Source: Eledone cirrhosa
Lineage: Eukaryota
DNA: 64,000 nt
Direction: 5' to 3'
NCBI GenBank assembly: GCA_964016885.1
Contig: OZ024745.1
Location: 45,012,001 to 45,076,000, forward strand
The notes beneath the pieces were generated by a model. It was given only the letters and a program-made list of their open reading frames with translations, was not told the origin of the DNA and did not search any database. The position numbers and the translations under genes were made by a program. Positions 39,659-54,747 of this stretch are shown in pieces. Each line of letters begins with the position of its first letter. The stretch's first letter is position 1.

Positions 39659-40226
39659 CAGGTGTTGGACAAAATAATGGAAACACCTAGCATCATAGCG
39701 TCATAATTTCGAAATATCTATAAAACCGTCAAAAGCTTGTTTATTTTTATTGTTCTCGAGGTGCTCATTAAGCTCTGCAGTAAATTTGGGAGCTGTACTT
39801 TTGTGATACTTTCTAACAATTCGCGTAAGAGTCCGATGGTCCCTATCTGAAAGTTTTGGTTTTCTTCCGGTGTTTTGTTTCGATCAGTAGGTTTTTCCCT
39901 CTTTCTCAAAGGCTGTCATTACTTTCGAGACAATACTTCTTGATACACCAAACATTTCGGCTGTTTTCGTTACGCTAGCGCCTGCCATACGAGCACCAAC
40001 AATTTGACCTCTTTGAAAGTCTGATAGATCTGTCATTTTAATGAATTTTAATTACCTTTTTCTGATGATATCTGAACAGAAACAGCAATTTTAACAAAAC
40101 ATATTAAGCAACACTAATAATAAATCAAAAAAACATAAAAATAAACAAGCTTTTGACGATTTTATAGATATTTCAAAATTATGATGCTATGATGTTCGGT
40201 GTTTCCATTATTTTGTCCAACCCCTG
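39659..40226 (-). mobile_element. internally deleted Tc1/mariner element with ~90 bp TIRs and transposase N-terminus (ATG at 40036)
   Basis: TA-caggtgttggacaaaataatggaaacacc ... ggtgtttccattattttgtccaacccctg-TA; MTDLSDFQRGQIVGARMAGASVTKTAEMFGVSR...GRKPKLSDRD with one internal stop. Confidence 0.92.
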
Positions 40227-40594
40227 TATGTGTATATATATGTACATATATATATATATATATGTGTGTATATATATGTACATATGTATATATATGTATA
40301 TATATATGTACATATATATATATATGTATATAAATATGTACATATATATATGTGTATGTATATATATGTATATATATGTATATATGTATATAAATATGTA
40401 CATAGATATATATATAGATGTATATATGTTTATATATATGTATGTATATATGTTTATATATATATATGTATGTATATATATGTATATATGTATATATATA
40501 TATGTATGTATATATATGTATATATGTATGTATATATATATGTGTGTATATATATGTATATATATGTATATATGTATGTATATATGTGTGTATA

Positions 40595-40634
<40 letters not shown>

Positions 40635-40989
40635 AATATGTACATATATATATATATGTGTGTGTGTATATATATGTATATATATATATATATGTATAGT
40701 AATAATAATCAATGTGAAGACTAAAATCAAAAGAGGGCTCGATAAGGATAAAGATATATCAAATATATAAGAACCCAAGAGCAAATATATATTTGTATGT
40801 ATATGTACTGTTATTTTAATAAATAAATAAATATATGTATGTATATATATATATATATATATACATATGTATATGTATATATGTATATGTATATATATAT
40901 ATATACATATATACATATATATATGTATATGTATATATGTATTTGTATATATGTATATATGTATATGTATATATGTAATTGTATATATG

Positions 40990-41020
<31 letters not shown>

Positions 41021-41684
41021 ATATATATATATATGTATATGTATGTATATATAAAATGTATATATATATGTGTATATGTGTATATATGTATATATATATA
41101 TATGCATGTACATATATATATATATGTGTATATATATATGCCTGTACATATATATATGTATATATATAAATACATGTACATATATATATATACATATATA
41201 TATACATATATATGTATATACATGTATATATGTATATTATATGTATATATGTGTATATATATATGTGTATATGTATATATATGTATATATGTGTATATAT
41301 ATATATATATGTATATATGTGTATATGTATATATATGTGTATATGTATATATATGTATATATGTGTATATATATGTGTATATGTATATATATGTATATAT
41401 ATATGTGTATATGTATATATATGTATATATATGTGTATATGTGTATGTATATATATATGTGTATATGTGAATGTATGTATATGTGAATGTATATATATAT
41501 GTATATGTGAATGTATGTATATGTGTATGTATATATATATGTGTATGTATATATATGTATATATGTGTATATGTATATATGTGTATATATATATATGTAT
41601 ATATGTGTATATATATATATGTGTATGTATATATATATGTATATATGTGTATATATATATGTATATGTATGTATATATATGTAG

Positions 41685-41763
<79 letters not shown>

Positions 41764-44700
41764 AATATATATATATATATATATAATGTTCTGTGTTGAG
41801 ACCTCTCTCTATTTTACCCGGCACTGTTAATTTATTTGAAATGGAGATATCATTTATTTAGGAATTTACTGAATGTTCATATCTACTCTGCATGAAAACA
41901 AATGCTGAGTTCTAAACAGTGGCTGCATCATATATGTGTATATATTTATAAATATCTATGTTTGTTTGTTTGTGTGTGTATGATCATCATCATCATTATC
42001 ATCATGTAACAGAAACACAGTATATGATGATACAGACATCTACACTCATACACACACATGCTCATATGCATAAACATACATCTATGCTTACATTTCGCCA
42101 ACCTTTTCATACAGAACAAATCAACTTTGGCATAGCATCAGAAAATCATTTTAGTCAATTTGTCCTAAGCTGAAGTGCATAGGATGAACCATTTGTTATA
42201 ACAAATGGCAGTTTACAATGCAAGGGTGCTATTTGCAAATTTGTATCATCTTGCAAATCTCTGCACATATTAGATTAAAATAATTGATCACCTTACATAT
42301 TAATTGTGGTAACTGGGTAAAGTTTCCTTGGAGATATCCGAGATTACTTTTCTCGATTTTCTTAGCTATTGTTTATTATGATCAATTATTATTATTTTAG
42401 TCATTTGCGTTGGGATGCACACATTTTAAATCTCAGATCTTCCCAATGCTTAAGTCAATCGCTGTTTACATAAAAAAATATTTTGTCCCACATCTTCCCA
42501 CTTTTCATTTTTTTTTTTTTAAACCAATTTTCTCTTCCATTTTCACATTTAATCATTGACCAGATTTCTAACATTATTCATAATATATTCCTGCACTTTG
42601 TGCAGAAACAAAAATGTATTCTTTCATAAGTTTGATGCAGTTTGGGGAAATCTTTATAATGGTTCATTTTTCAATGCTAAGCAGTTTAAAGGCATTACTT
42701 TCTTGCAGTTTTCTGCTTTTATCAGCTAGATGCTATTGTATGCATTATTATTTGTATCATGAAAGGGCGGTGAATTGGCAGTATCGGTAGAGGGTCGGGT
42801 GCCATGCTTTGCATCATAGTTACCTCCCTTTACGATCTGAGTTCAAATTCCGCCGAGGTTAACTTTGCCTTTCAACCTTACGGGGTCGATAAAATAAAGT
42901 AATTGTTGGCCTTGTGCCAAAAGTAGAAACAATTATTATTTGTATCATTGCACGTTTACAGCTAAAACCCATTTATATCATTATATTGTTGCCATCATTT
43001 GTTTTGAATATTTTCCTAGATCTATTTCTGTTGGTGTTGACGCATTTTAGAGAAAATTTATATATATCATGATACATTCACTATACAAGAATTTTTGGAT
43101 GCTGGCTATTTTAAAACAAAATTTTTTAACTATTCCAAAATGCACAAACTAAACAAAGAAGGGCTACTACAAGCACTCTATCCCATTTCCTTTTTTTTTA
43201 AAAATATATGTCAGTACAAATTGAATTGTAAGTAATGTTATCAATGTCACTGAAACTCATTACTCTGTCTATGGGTTCTTGTTTTGGACATTTGTTTAAA
43301 CAGCTTCATTTGAAATCAGTATGTTTACTATCAAAATTTAACCACATTAGTGAGATATTTTCTATTATAAGGAAGTTGACAATGTAATTTATAGTAGTGT
43401 CAGCTCTTTCTACAAATCTCACCTCTTCTGGCCAGTGAGTTTGCCCTAGAATCAGAAAAATAAAATGACCAACAGTACATGACTTAGGGCATTAATGCTA
43501 GTCCTTGCAAAATAGTGTTGGGGTATTTCTGACATTTTCTGCTCTAATTTAATGCTCTGAAGCCTTTTGTGTCCAGTCAAATACTTTAACATGTCACACC
43601 TTTTGATGGTGTTACCGTTCAGTAAACTAGGCTGATTTAATATTGCTAGGTCCATTTTAGATTATCCTGAGCAACTAATGGATTTAGGAAATTCATTCAT
43701 TTTAGGAATGGTACAAATACTTCTGTGATCTCTTGGATCCAAGATTTGTGATCCTAAACCTGCAGGTTTATCAAGCTCGTCATCACATAATATCAATGGA
43801 GTGTCACATCTTGCCCAACAGAGAATAGAGTGATGTGGAGATGTTGAAATATATATAACAAGATATAAGTACCTGATTGAGCATGTGCAGTAAATATATT
43901 AACATTGTCCATTATCCATTTAATATGTCTGTTAGTTAAGATAACATTTAGGGTTGCTTCATTTGTAAGTGCCCATTTGTATATATGCTCAGTGAAATTG
44001 CTTCTTGGTCATTTTCTGACATTGCCTCAGGTATATTGAATTGCGTTTGTTTCTATCTTGTGAGAAGTAATTAAGAGTATGGGTGTTATGGAGAGAATTT
44101 ACAGCAATTTTAAAGAGAGTAGCTGGAAGGATTTTTGAAGATTACTAGTTTTATAATAATGGTACAAGAGGACTCAAGTGTTGACTAGAGCTATAATAAC
44201 CATTTATTTAATGGGAAGGGGGCAATGTGAATCAACAATGGGTTTTGAATATATAAATTATAGATGATTATATAATATTTTGTGGAGTTGACATTGATAG
44301 CCCAGTTTCAGAGATAAACTACGGCTCACTAGTTATGTTATAGACAGCAGAGATATTTCATATGAAACCACACCCAGTCATTCAATGAGTATATACTTTT
44401 TAAAGATGTGTTTATATATATAGTGTGCATAGCCACACACATACTCATCACTTTATTTAGCAGGCTGGAATATTTACTTTTTAACTGAAGCAAATGACCA
44501 TATTCGTTTCAGTATCAAAAGATTTTATCTGAATAGCAAATTGTTAAGACAATCAGATAAATAAAAATTATTTTGAAGTTTTTGGTTAAGAAAATATATT
44601 TTGTTACTTCTTAAAATAATTCAAAATTTAATGCAGGTATATCCACATTCATTAAAATAATTCATAAAAGTTTCAAATTATATTTGATCGCTTGAAGAAG

Positions 44701-47700
44701 AATTTAAGGGAAAGAAAAAAAAATGTTTTAAATAAAGATTATTTTGGGAAATGAACTTGTAAAGCAGTTTTTTTTTGTATAAAGATTCTTGAAACATAAT
44801 GAATCAAGAATGTTTTCTCTTTTAAATTTATATTCCAAATTAACAGCTAAATTGTTCTTTTTTTACCTTCCTTTATACTGCTTTAGTGGTTGAGGTCTGT
44901 TGAGATATGGAAAAGAAATAACAAGAAATTTATTCCATTATCCATCTGTTGTTCAAATGGTACAAACCAAACATAGTTGAGTTTTAGTACCTAAAGTATG
45001 ATATCTCATTGTTCGGATCCTAAATCTCATCAGTGTTCATTCACTTTATCTTTCACTCTTTCTAAAGTTGGTGAAGTACGATACATTGTTTTAGTGCCAC
45101 TTGCTTATACCAGTTTTCATTACAAAAACAAACTATAAAAAACTAAAAAAAAAAAAAAATAAAGCATCTTTCTATGCAAAAGAAATCCTCATTATTGTTA
45201 GCAATTTTCACTGTGTCAATAGTCTGAATTTTAAACTGAATTTTTAGTTAGGTTTCAGTTTCCACCTGAAACTATTTCACTTATATTCCTAAAACTTTTG
45301 AAGAAGGCATAAATGAGATTAAATTTGATTTCCATTTTATATATTATTCTGTTACATCATGTTCATATGCAAACCTATCATCATTCTCATCATGATTACT
45401 GTTTAGTACAAATGCACAAAATTTAGTAGAAATGCTGGATAAGATAATTTACAGTATCTTGTTCGGTACTTCCTCTTTCTGTTTTCAAATCATAATGGAA
45501 TTACTTAACCTTTCATTTTTCTGTGATGTGATGTGTGTGATGTTAAACATTAATGTGATCAAGTTTGATCTATTTTTTATTAAGGACTTTTCATATTTCC
45601 TTATTAGTCCTTTATGAAAAATCCTTAATAAAAGAAAGAGAAAGCTTGAACAAAGTGATGTCTTTGATATAACATTTTTGAAAGAAAAGCAGTTTCATAT
45701 TTACACAGCATTATATATATATATATATATAATGGTGGATTGGCAGTATCGGTAGAGGGTCGGACGCCATGCTTTGACGCATAGAGTTACGGCCCTTGCC
45801 ATTCTGAGTTCAAATCCCGCTGAGGTTAACTTTACCTTTCATCCTTACGAGGTCGATAAAATAAGTACCAGTAATACACTGGGTAATTGCTGGCCTTGTG
45901 CCAAAAGTAGAAACAATTATATATATATATATATATATATATAATGTTATTAGTTGAATGTAAAATTGTCCCAATACTAATACCTGTGATTAAAAAAAAT
46001 TAAGATTGATATTCATCATTACCATGATCATTTAATGGATGTCCCCTTGCTAGCAAAGGCTGGGTCATTGCTAGTGGCCTCTCAGATGAGCCAAGGGCTG
46101 CATCTCACATACCTTCCTGCACACTACAGAGTGCATTATATGCATTTTATCATGACTTCAATATTAGAGAAATTGTCATGACTGACATAATTGTAAAGTC
46201 CTCCTGACCTTTATTCAGAGAAATTTAAGTTCTCCCAAAGAAGATTTTTTTATAGGTAAAATGTAATGTACTAATTATGAAAAATTTCTGAAAATGATTG
46301 GTTCATTTTCTCTTCATTGTTTTTTTCAAAATTTAAGTTGTTTATAAAAGAATTAATGAGAATGTTTTAATTAAAATGTATAGAATTTGTACATATGTAT
46401 TCATATTTCATCTTGTTATATGTATTTTAGAGTTAGTAACATTTTGAATATCAGTTATTAGCGCGCGCCCATGCGCGCGCACACACACACACACACATGC
46501 ACACACTCTCTATTGTATCAAACTTTATTTTATTTTTGTCTTTTTAGTTTAATCAACATTAAAAAAATATGTTCTTTAGAGACAATCCTACATTTTTTAA
46601 TTAATAAATCTTTACACTTTTCTGTAATAAATACTTTTCTAGAAGTAAACATTTCTTTCATCCTTGCAAAATGAATTCAGTAAAATTTTGACTGAAGAGT
46701 AATTTATATTTTATTTTCTAAGTTTATTTTTTTGTCACATACCATCTAAACCTTAGACCAAACCATATAAATTTGAGGATTTTTTTTTCAAGTTATTTTT
46801 CAAGGGTTGTTTTCTTCTAGAAAAGTGTCCCAATTATGTATAGATTTATATTAGTGAGATGATCTATTGCTATCTATCAGTTTGTTTCCATTTTGGATTG
46901 TTCTCTTTTATAGTCTGAAACTTTTATTTCCCCCTTAATGTGGAAAATATGATACAACCAATGTCATATTTTCATATGGCCCTGTTTTTAGGGTTTTATA
47001 ACAGCAAACATTTGTTAAAGGCAAACACAAGGAATGCACATTTATGCCCCTCCTTTTGTTTTAAATGCACAGCATTATGATGGCAGAAGGTGTCCGAGAA
47101 ACCTTACTGTTTGAAGTGTTGTGAAAGTCAAAATACTGAAACAACACAATTATTCTAGAACTGAAGCAAAGTACTAATGCTATTGTTTCTTTAATCATGC
47201 ATATTTTGTAAATTAATCACAAACTGGTAACGTTAGATAAATGTCTAATTAAATTCCAATTCCTTAAATTTATTTTTTTAATGTATATATTGTATTCGGG
47301 GTACAAGTCCGTATCACATAAAGAATTATATTTGGTGCCTACATTATTTGTGCCTTCATATACTCTAACTTATCAACCAGTCAACCAACAATTTTATCTT
47401 GCAAAGTCCTTTTTTTTTATTTTAACGTTTTTTTTTTAAAATACAAAATTAAATCCATTTAAATATATGTTTCCTTTTTTTTCAACTTGTTTCGAGCATA
47501 TTGATAATAGTATTTTGTTTATTGATAATTGTATTTTGCTAATGATAATCCATTTTACTCTTCATAAGGTTAAGGTATGCAAAATACAAAATGACTCATG
47601 TTCAAAATTAGTCCTTAATTTTTTTTGTCAGAAAATGAGCCTCTTTGTAATATTAGTTTGATATTCAGTCTCAAATCCTTATTTGAGTTTGAGACAGAAA

Positions 47701-50700
47701 CATTTCTGTATGTTTATCAATGCCATTTTGAAAATATGTCTTCTGCAAAGTGCCTTTTGGTGATTTATCTTATTCTGATAGGAAAAGTTAAATGTCTTTT
47801 TTAAAAATCATTTTATGATTTAATTTTGAAATGAAAAAGCTATTTCTGAGGTTTCTGGGATTTAGTTTAAAATGAAAGCAGTTCCTCCTTACTGTAAGTG
47901 TCTAAAACATTCCTTTTAATTCTTGAAGTTTCTAATAAGCATGCTCTTTTGTTAGTTTACTGTTATTAATACTGAAGCTGTTTATTGTTCTGAGAATTCT
48001 AATTATTATTTATATTATATCAATCTTTATTTTATCTCTGAGTTTTAAAATATATTTCCACAAACATTAAACAAATTTTTAAATATGTCTTTCACAAAAT
48101 ATAGATCACCAGTTGATAATAAAACTTTAGAAATATAGTATCTGTGGAGTATATGGAACTACTGCTTACATGATCAAAGATATAGATCTTACTCTAGCCA
48201 TTGTGTTGGGTCCATCAGTAAGGCCCATTCTTCTGCTTTCTTTATTTTGATTTTTAAAGAAAGAGGTTACATTATTATGCCACTATTACCTATATGAAAT
48301 CGTGAACTATAGGAAAATTCATCTCACACTAAAAATGATGGGTGTACAAAAAGCAAAATGCCATAAGCTATTGTATTTTATAAAGCCCAAAGTAATTGAA
48401 GCTTTAATTTTCATGTAATTTTGCATGTTATTTCTACAACATTAAGACCCTTTCTATGCATGACAAGTAGTAATGGCTGACAGTGAAAGGATCTAGCGTG
48501 GCACTCAATTGACTGGCTTCACCAATTGAGGGAACTTGAATGAGTTTAATTTCCAATGTTACCATAAATGGCAATGTTACTCATTTCAAATTAGTACTCA
48601 TTTGTAGTAACTTAAATTTCTATACTATGATCCATGGAATTGAATTCCAAATACATCAGAATTCACATTGGTATGTTGCATCTATTTGGCTGCTTATGGC
48701 AGTAGCTCTTGTGACTTGCTGATGGTAAACTGTAATAGGAACCATAGCTTAATTTAAGTTACATGATGTAAAATAAAGTGTTTATTTAATGGAATATACA
48801 CAGTAACTATGATTCTTAAAAGAAAATAATACATGACTGATAATAGATTTAGGGCTTACTGTTATTAGTTGTATAAAGGAGGAAACTACAGATTTAGAAC
48901 TTTTGCTTTTCATGCCCAATGTTTATCGGGGAAATTCCCAATTTAAAATTCTATTACTTACATATTTATACTGATAAACATTATTTACACAAAATATTTT
49001 AAACCTAATCAATATAGATAACACGTAACAATAGTTTCTTTTTATTTCTCTTAATGATTTGGCCGAAAATATCTAAAAACAGGTTTGTTAATCCAAATGT
49101 TTGAATTAACAGATTGAACAGATTTTTGTGAACATTTGTAGTGTTAGAATAAAGACTTTATTTAATGTGATGCAATTAATTATGCAAACAATCTGGTTCT
49201 GTGTGATTGATTGTTAATTTATTACACAATAATTAGAGTTGTCTCTCTTACATTAAAAAGTTCATTGTTGTTTCATACTTGAAAAGAATTGTATATTACT
49301 GGTAATGCTTGTTGTAAAATTGGGTATGGCATTTGATTCTATTTGCTTCAGTTTATTTAGTTGTTGAATTAGCTACCAAACTGCTACTGGAATATTACCC
49401 AATGTAGAGGTTGCATTTTCATCTTATTTGCTTCTCAGGAGCTAGGATTGATTGATAGCCTTATAAGCTATGTGTAAGTTCTAGGAAACATTACTTTGAC
49501 ATATATAAAAGAAATAAAATTGTTTGAATCCCATAGAGGTTTGTTTTATGGCTGGTTGATTTGTTGGATAACATCTAATTATAAAAAAACAACAAAAGAT
49601 CTCAAAAGGAATTGCAACAAATCTTAAGGGATCATTTACTATAACTCCTTTTGATTACCGTGACAAAAGGTATTAAAACATATCCCAAAATGCAGTCAAT
49701 AACTACAATGATATTTGTGGCATGCATGTAGAAGTGTCAAGTCCAGTGTTCCATGACCAACATTCTTCTGTGAGCAACACACTCATATTTTGCAATGTTA
49801 AAGTTGGGGGAATTATTTCATCATTATCTAATATATTAATAAATTTGAATAAAAAAGAAGGTAAAAAGCTAGAAGTATAATTATCAATATTTTATTATGT
49901 TTCTTTTTTTTTTCTTGTTAAATACCTTATAAAGAAAAGAAAACAAAATCTTTAAGCTAAGGACAAATTTGAATATCTTCTCCTAGTTCCAGTTCCTGAC
50001 CACTCGTGAACTTTGGAGCACTGTATTAAATCTTCTTTAAAATTGTTGCAGATTGGCTGTGTGGTCTTAGAATGATCTCTAAAATGTGGGGTATTGAGAA
50101 ACATAACCATACATTATTGACACAGTCCCTCCATTTTTTATATGAATAAAGAAAAAAGATACCTTTATAAACTATGTATATATATAAATAAATGAACAAA
50201 GCATTGTCTTTGACTTAAAACTATTTTTGTGAATTATTGCTGCTTGGTCATTCCTTGTTATCAAGAGTTTATTATTACTGTGTTTAAATCTGTCAGGTAA
50301 TTCAATTCACATTGTTAAATTTACTCTTACGAAATTGCTGATGAAAAAAATATCTTTTTTTTTTAAATTTTATTTTCAGCTTTCTCTTCATATCTGAGAT
50401 ATGACATCTTTATCATTTCTCTTGTTTCCGCTGTTCTCTTGTTATTTCATCCATTTATTTTATTTTAATCATTTGTATTTCTATGTCCACTCGATGACCA
50501 AGATGGACAATATGTGCTGAATATTTTGGTAAACAGGATCAAGCCCACTCCACAGCTTGGCTTTGTAATTAATATACACAGAGGATGGCCTGCCGAATTA
50601 ACTATTTTCTTTCTACTTCCATGATTTTAATGTTTTTCTTTTAGTTATCAAATATAATTTTATCAAAACAGTCTTTTTATGCATTGTGTTTTTTCGATCA

Positions 50701-52769
50701 TGGAAGTTGAATTCTTTTGAAACTATTTTTTATTAATGCTTCAGGCCATCTATTTGACTGTGATTTTGTTATTCTGATTTACCTACTGATATAGGTTTTT
50801 CAGCAATGTTATATTGAATAAACACAATTTGTTGTTTGTAATACTGCACTCTGTCAATATCATTCATTATTTCATGAAAAAAGAAGAACGAAACCTGTTA
50901 TTTCGATTTAAAAAAAAAAAATTTCTTATTTACTTCCTGAAAATGAGAAAAGTCCTGTTATAATTGTTTTGAAAACACATTCTCAAAATATTTGTCCAAT
51001 TTTGAAGAACTAATGAGGGAAACATTGCAAATCTTACTTTAAATTTCCCCAAATGGATAATAGTGGAGAAATTTGTACATAATGTGCCAGGTCAGTGTGT
51101 GTGTGCATGTATGTGTATATAGCTTTACAAATGCACACACAATATATGTACATATATATTTACAAACACACATGGATGTGAGATAAGCAAAATTTATAGA
51201 CAATTTCATTAAATATGAAAGCCATTTGCAATTAATATCAAATCTAATCTTTTTAATGTAAGTTAATTTGAAGAGAAGCCAGATGTACTACATAAGTAAT
51301 TTAAAGTTCTTACCATCCTATTTCCCTCTTTTTGTTATTTGCACAGCATTCAAAATAGTTTTAGTGATGATTAAACCTATTCAGTAATTCTGTTATCAAC
51401 TAAAATAAACTAGAGAGGGGGGAAGTATATCCTATATCATCACAGTGAGACAACAAAAGCACAGCATCTTTGCTCATTGTTCTGTATTTAGCATAGTTTC
51501 TATGGATAAATGTCCTTCCTAATGCCAACTGCTTTACAGTGTGGATTGGGTACATCTTATTGTAGCACCAACGTTAACACATTATATTCACCATATAATT
51601 ACCTTTTATTATGATACCAGCACTAGAGAGTTTGTTATATGCTAGACAAGACTGAAGAGTCCTCCCAGACGCTACATTGTTTCTATTTGATTGCGAAACA
51701 CTGTAGCCTTTGATCTCTTGTCATGCATAATTTCAATGTTGTAGTGCTTGTACTGATGTACAGATCTTTTGAATTGTGGCATACCATCAGTCTTGTGTCA
51801 TCTTCTCTTTAAAATAAATCCCAGTGAACGACACTCTTATCCTATTGTAATTTTCCCCAAACAACAAAACATAATTGGACTTTAATTTTGTCTGTGGAAT
51901 GTATTGCAATATGTCTGAGATGTGCTGCGAAACTATTATTCCTTTATGTCAGTAAGTTACCCTTCAAATGTCATTATAGAATATTTTGTTCTCAGAAGGT
52001 AACTTGATTTATAGGTAACTTGATTATGATCATGACTGCCAATAGGCTTGTACCTAGAAAGTTCCTCTCCAAAGGATAAGCCTCAACAAGGTGTTGTGAG
52101 GAATACCAACAGTTGTCCATGCATGCCAAACTCACTCACCCAATGGAAAGGCTGATACAGCTAGGCACCAATTTTGTTGCAGCTTATTTTTTACAGCTGA
52201 ATGGACTGAACAATGTGAAATAAAGTCTCTTGCTCAAAGAAACAACACATCACCTGGTCCAAGAATCAAACTCACAACATTATAATTGCAAGCCCAACAT
52301 CCTAACTACTATACCATGCAGCTTCATTAATTCAAGATTTGAAAAATTAGCATATTTTACTAGATCCTTACAAATTAGTATAAAGAGAATTTTAAATTGT
52401 TTCCAGAAAGATTTTGTATGTGAAAGAATTTGAAATAGTTAGTTTTACCAATTTGCTGAAACAATATCATGAATTGTCTGTATATATAAGCTGGTTAAGA
52501 ACTTTAAAATAGCAAGTCAAACAATTTTTCCTCTCTTCCCTAAAAATAAGTATTCTTTAAAAATCTTAACAGCTCATTCTTAAATATTGAAAGCTTAAAG
52601 TCTGATTTATAGCTGCTGTAACATGATATAGAAATAGTTTCTGATAAAGAAACTTATAACCTGAATATAGACATTTACATTTATGTAGAATCTTTTAAAG
52701 TAAAGGTGGATATATATCTTAGGTTTACTGTAAAATTACTGGATTGCTCATCATACCCTACTCTGTTCA

Positions 52770-53450
52770 GAGTATAGCTTCTCTCAGAGGTGCACAATAG
52801 CATTTATTGCATTGTGCAGTCTTTCTGGTTTTCTCTATTGGACCCAAACTTGTCAGTGTTTTCTCGTCTGCATCTTGCTCCCCAATTTTTATCTTCCTAG
52901 GAATGTGTGCCCCAAGAGCTCTCTTTTCCATTCCATCATGCTTTATCACATGATCAAAATATTCTAGCTTCTTTATATTTATATACTGTAATAGCTAACC
53001 ACTCGGACTCTCCAGCTTCGCTCTGACATCATTTGTCACCCAAGGGACTCTCACTCAGGGTTCTCTCAGTATTTTTCAATAGTACATCTTGGATTGTTTT
53101 TACTAATACTGAAGTCTCAGTTATGGGAAAATGCAGGCTCTAAGCACTCTCAGCTTTATCTGTTTGCCATGTCCTTGCCACAGCTTTCTCATATTATTTA
53201 GGGCTTTTAATATCATAGCAAGGTCTTTTTGTATTTCTTTGCTATCATTACTATCCCTCTGAATTGTAGCTCCAAGATATGTAAAGTGATGAACATCCTG
53301 AATACACATTCACCTGAAATACACATTCACCTATTGCTATTCTATCTATATCATTACAATACATTTTTGACACTGCCATTATCCCTGTATTTGTTACATT
53401 CATCTTAAGCTATAGGCCTTATTATTTTCGTCTCATACATTAACATAGGT
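52770..53450 (-). mobile_element. decayed RTE-clade LINE RT fragment
   Basis: VHHFTYLGATI...SKEIQK...KLRVLRACIFP. Confidence 0.7.
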
Positions 53451-54470
53451 TCTCAAACCAGATCTTGATTTAGATATCAAAACTGCATTGTCTACTTATA
53501 TTGGAGTTATCCCGTTGATGATCTTCCAATTTGTAGAAAGTCAAAGTTTTCTCTTCTGTTATTATTTGTAGTTGATTTTGATACAAATCTTGTATCAGTT
53601 TTACCACTTGTGAGAATCCCATTTTCAGCATAGTGTGCTACAACTGCTTGTATCAGGCATTGTTAAAACCCTATGAATAATCCACAAAATAAACTTACAA
53701 ATCTTGATTCATTCCTTGGTGCTTCTGAATCAATATTTGGAGATTGGGGTCCCATCTATTACAATATTTCATGTAGCTTGCATGACTTGGGTTGGAACAT
53801 TGTTAGCAGCAAGGTGAGGAACTGATAGCCAACATATGGTAACAGATTGTCAACTCTGATACTGGTATAATGGTCAACCATTGGCACTGCAAACGTGGAA
53901 AGGAATGGCAACATTTCAAGTTTACTATATTGCTTACACATTCAAATAGCCGTACTGGAGGACTAATTAAAACTAATCCTCACAAGGATCTCTTAGACTC
54001 AAACTAATACTTACTCTTGTAATAACATGTTTTGTTTACAACATTGTAAATATGAAAGTGTTTGGTTAGATAAAAAATTCGTTGAAGATGCAGGAATCCC
54101 AGATTCAGAAAATCACTGTAGCCACAGTTGGTTGCTATAAACAATAGCTTAGAAAAAACAGGTAAAGTACTCCTATAGACAGAAAAAGTGGCCTGCAGCT
54201 GCTATGAAGAATCAAACTCCCATGGCAGCTACTGGTCACTTTTTTCGGTCTCTTGAGGTATTTTTCTTGATTTTGTAAGTAGCTGCTACCGGAGTTTGAT
54301 CCTTCATAGTGGCTGCTGTCTATAAAAGTATTTTATTTAATTTTAAAAGTTATTGTTTATAGCAATCGACTGTGGCTACAGTTATTTTCTGTTTGGGATT
54401 TCTACATCATTTAAGAATGTTTTGTTTAGTTAGTCTTTCTATGATATTATCTTCAAGGAATTTTTGCTAT

Positions 54471-54747
54471 ACAGAATGTCTTTAAAGTTTGGACACATAG
54501 GACATATCACTATTTATAACTAACTATAATTTGTAACTAATATTGAATGTCCTCAAAATGACAGAAGTATGGAATTAATGCATTGGGTTCTTGTGAATCT
54601 AGTAAAGCACATTGAACTTTGCATCACAAATGTTGGAAATCACGTTGCAGATGTTATTTATTAATATTTCAATTAAATAAAATATTGAATTCTTTTTATT
54701 GAAAATATGCATTTTACCTGTGTGTCGAAACTTAAGGGATACATAGA
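54471..54747. mobile_element. old mariner-like MITE
   Basis: Imperfect TIR aagtttggacacatagg / cctgtgtgtcgaaactt, TA at the left end. Confidence 0.45.

Noticed and set aside
43660-43833. Possible alternative + strand terminal exon of the flippase
   Set aside because: Short frames with stops, no similarity to P4-ATPase tails, and the gene already ends cleanly at 31299
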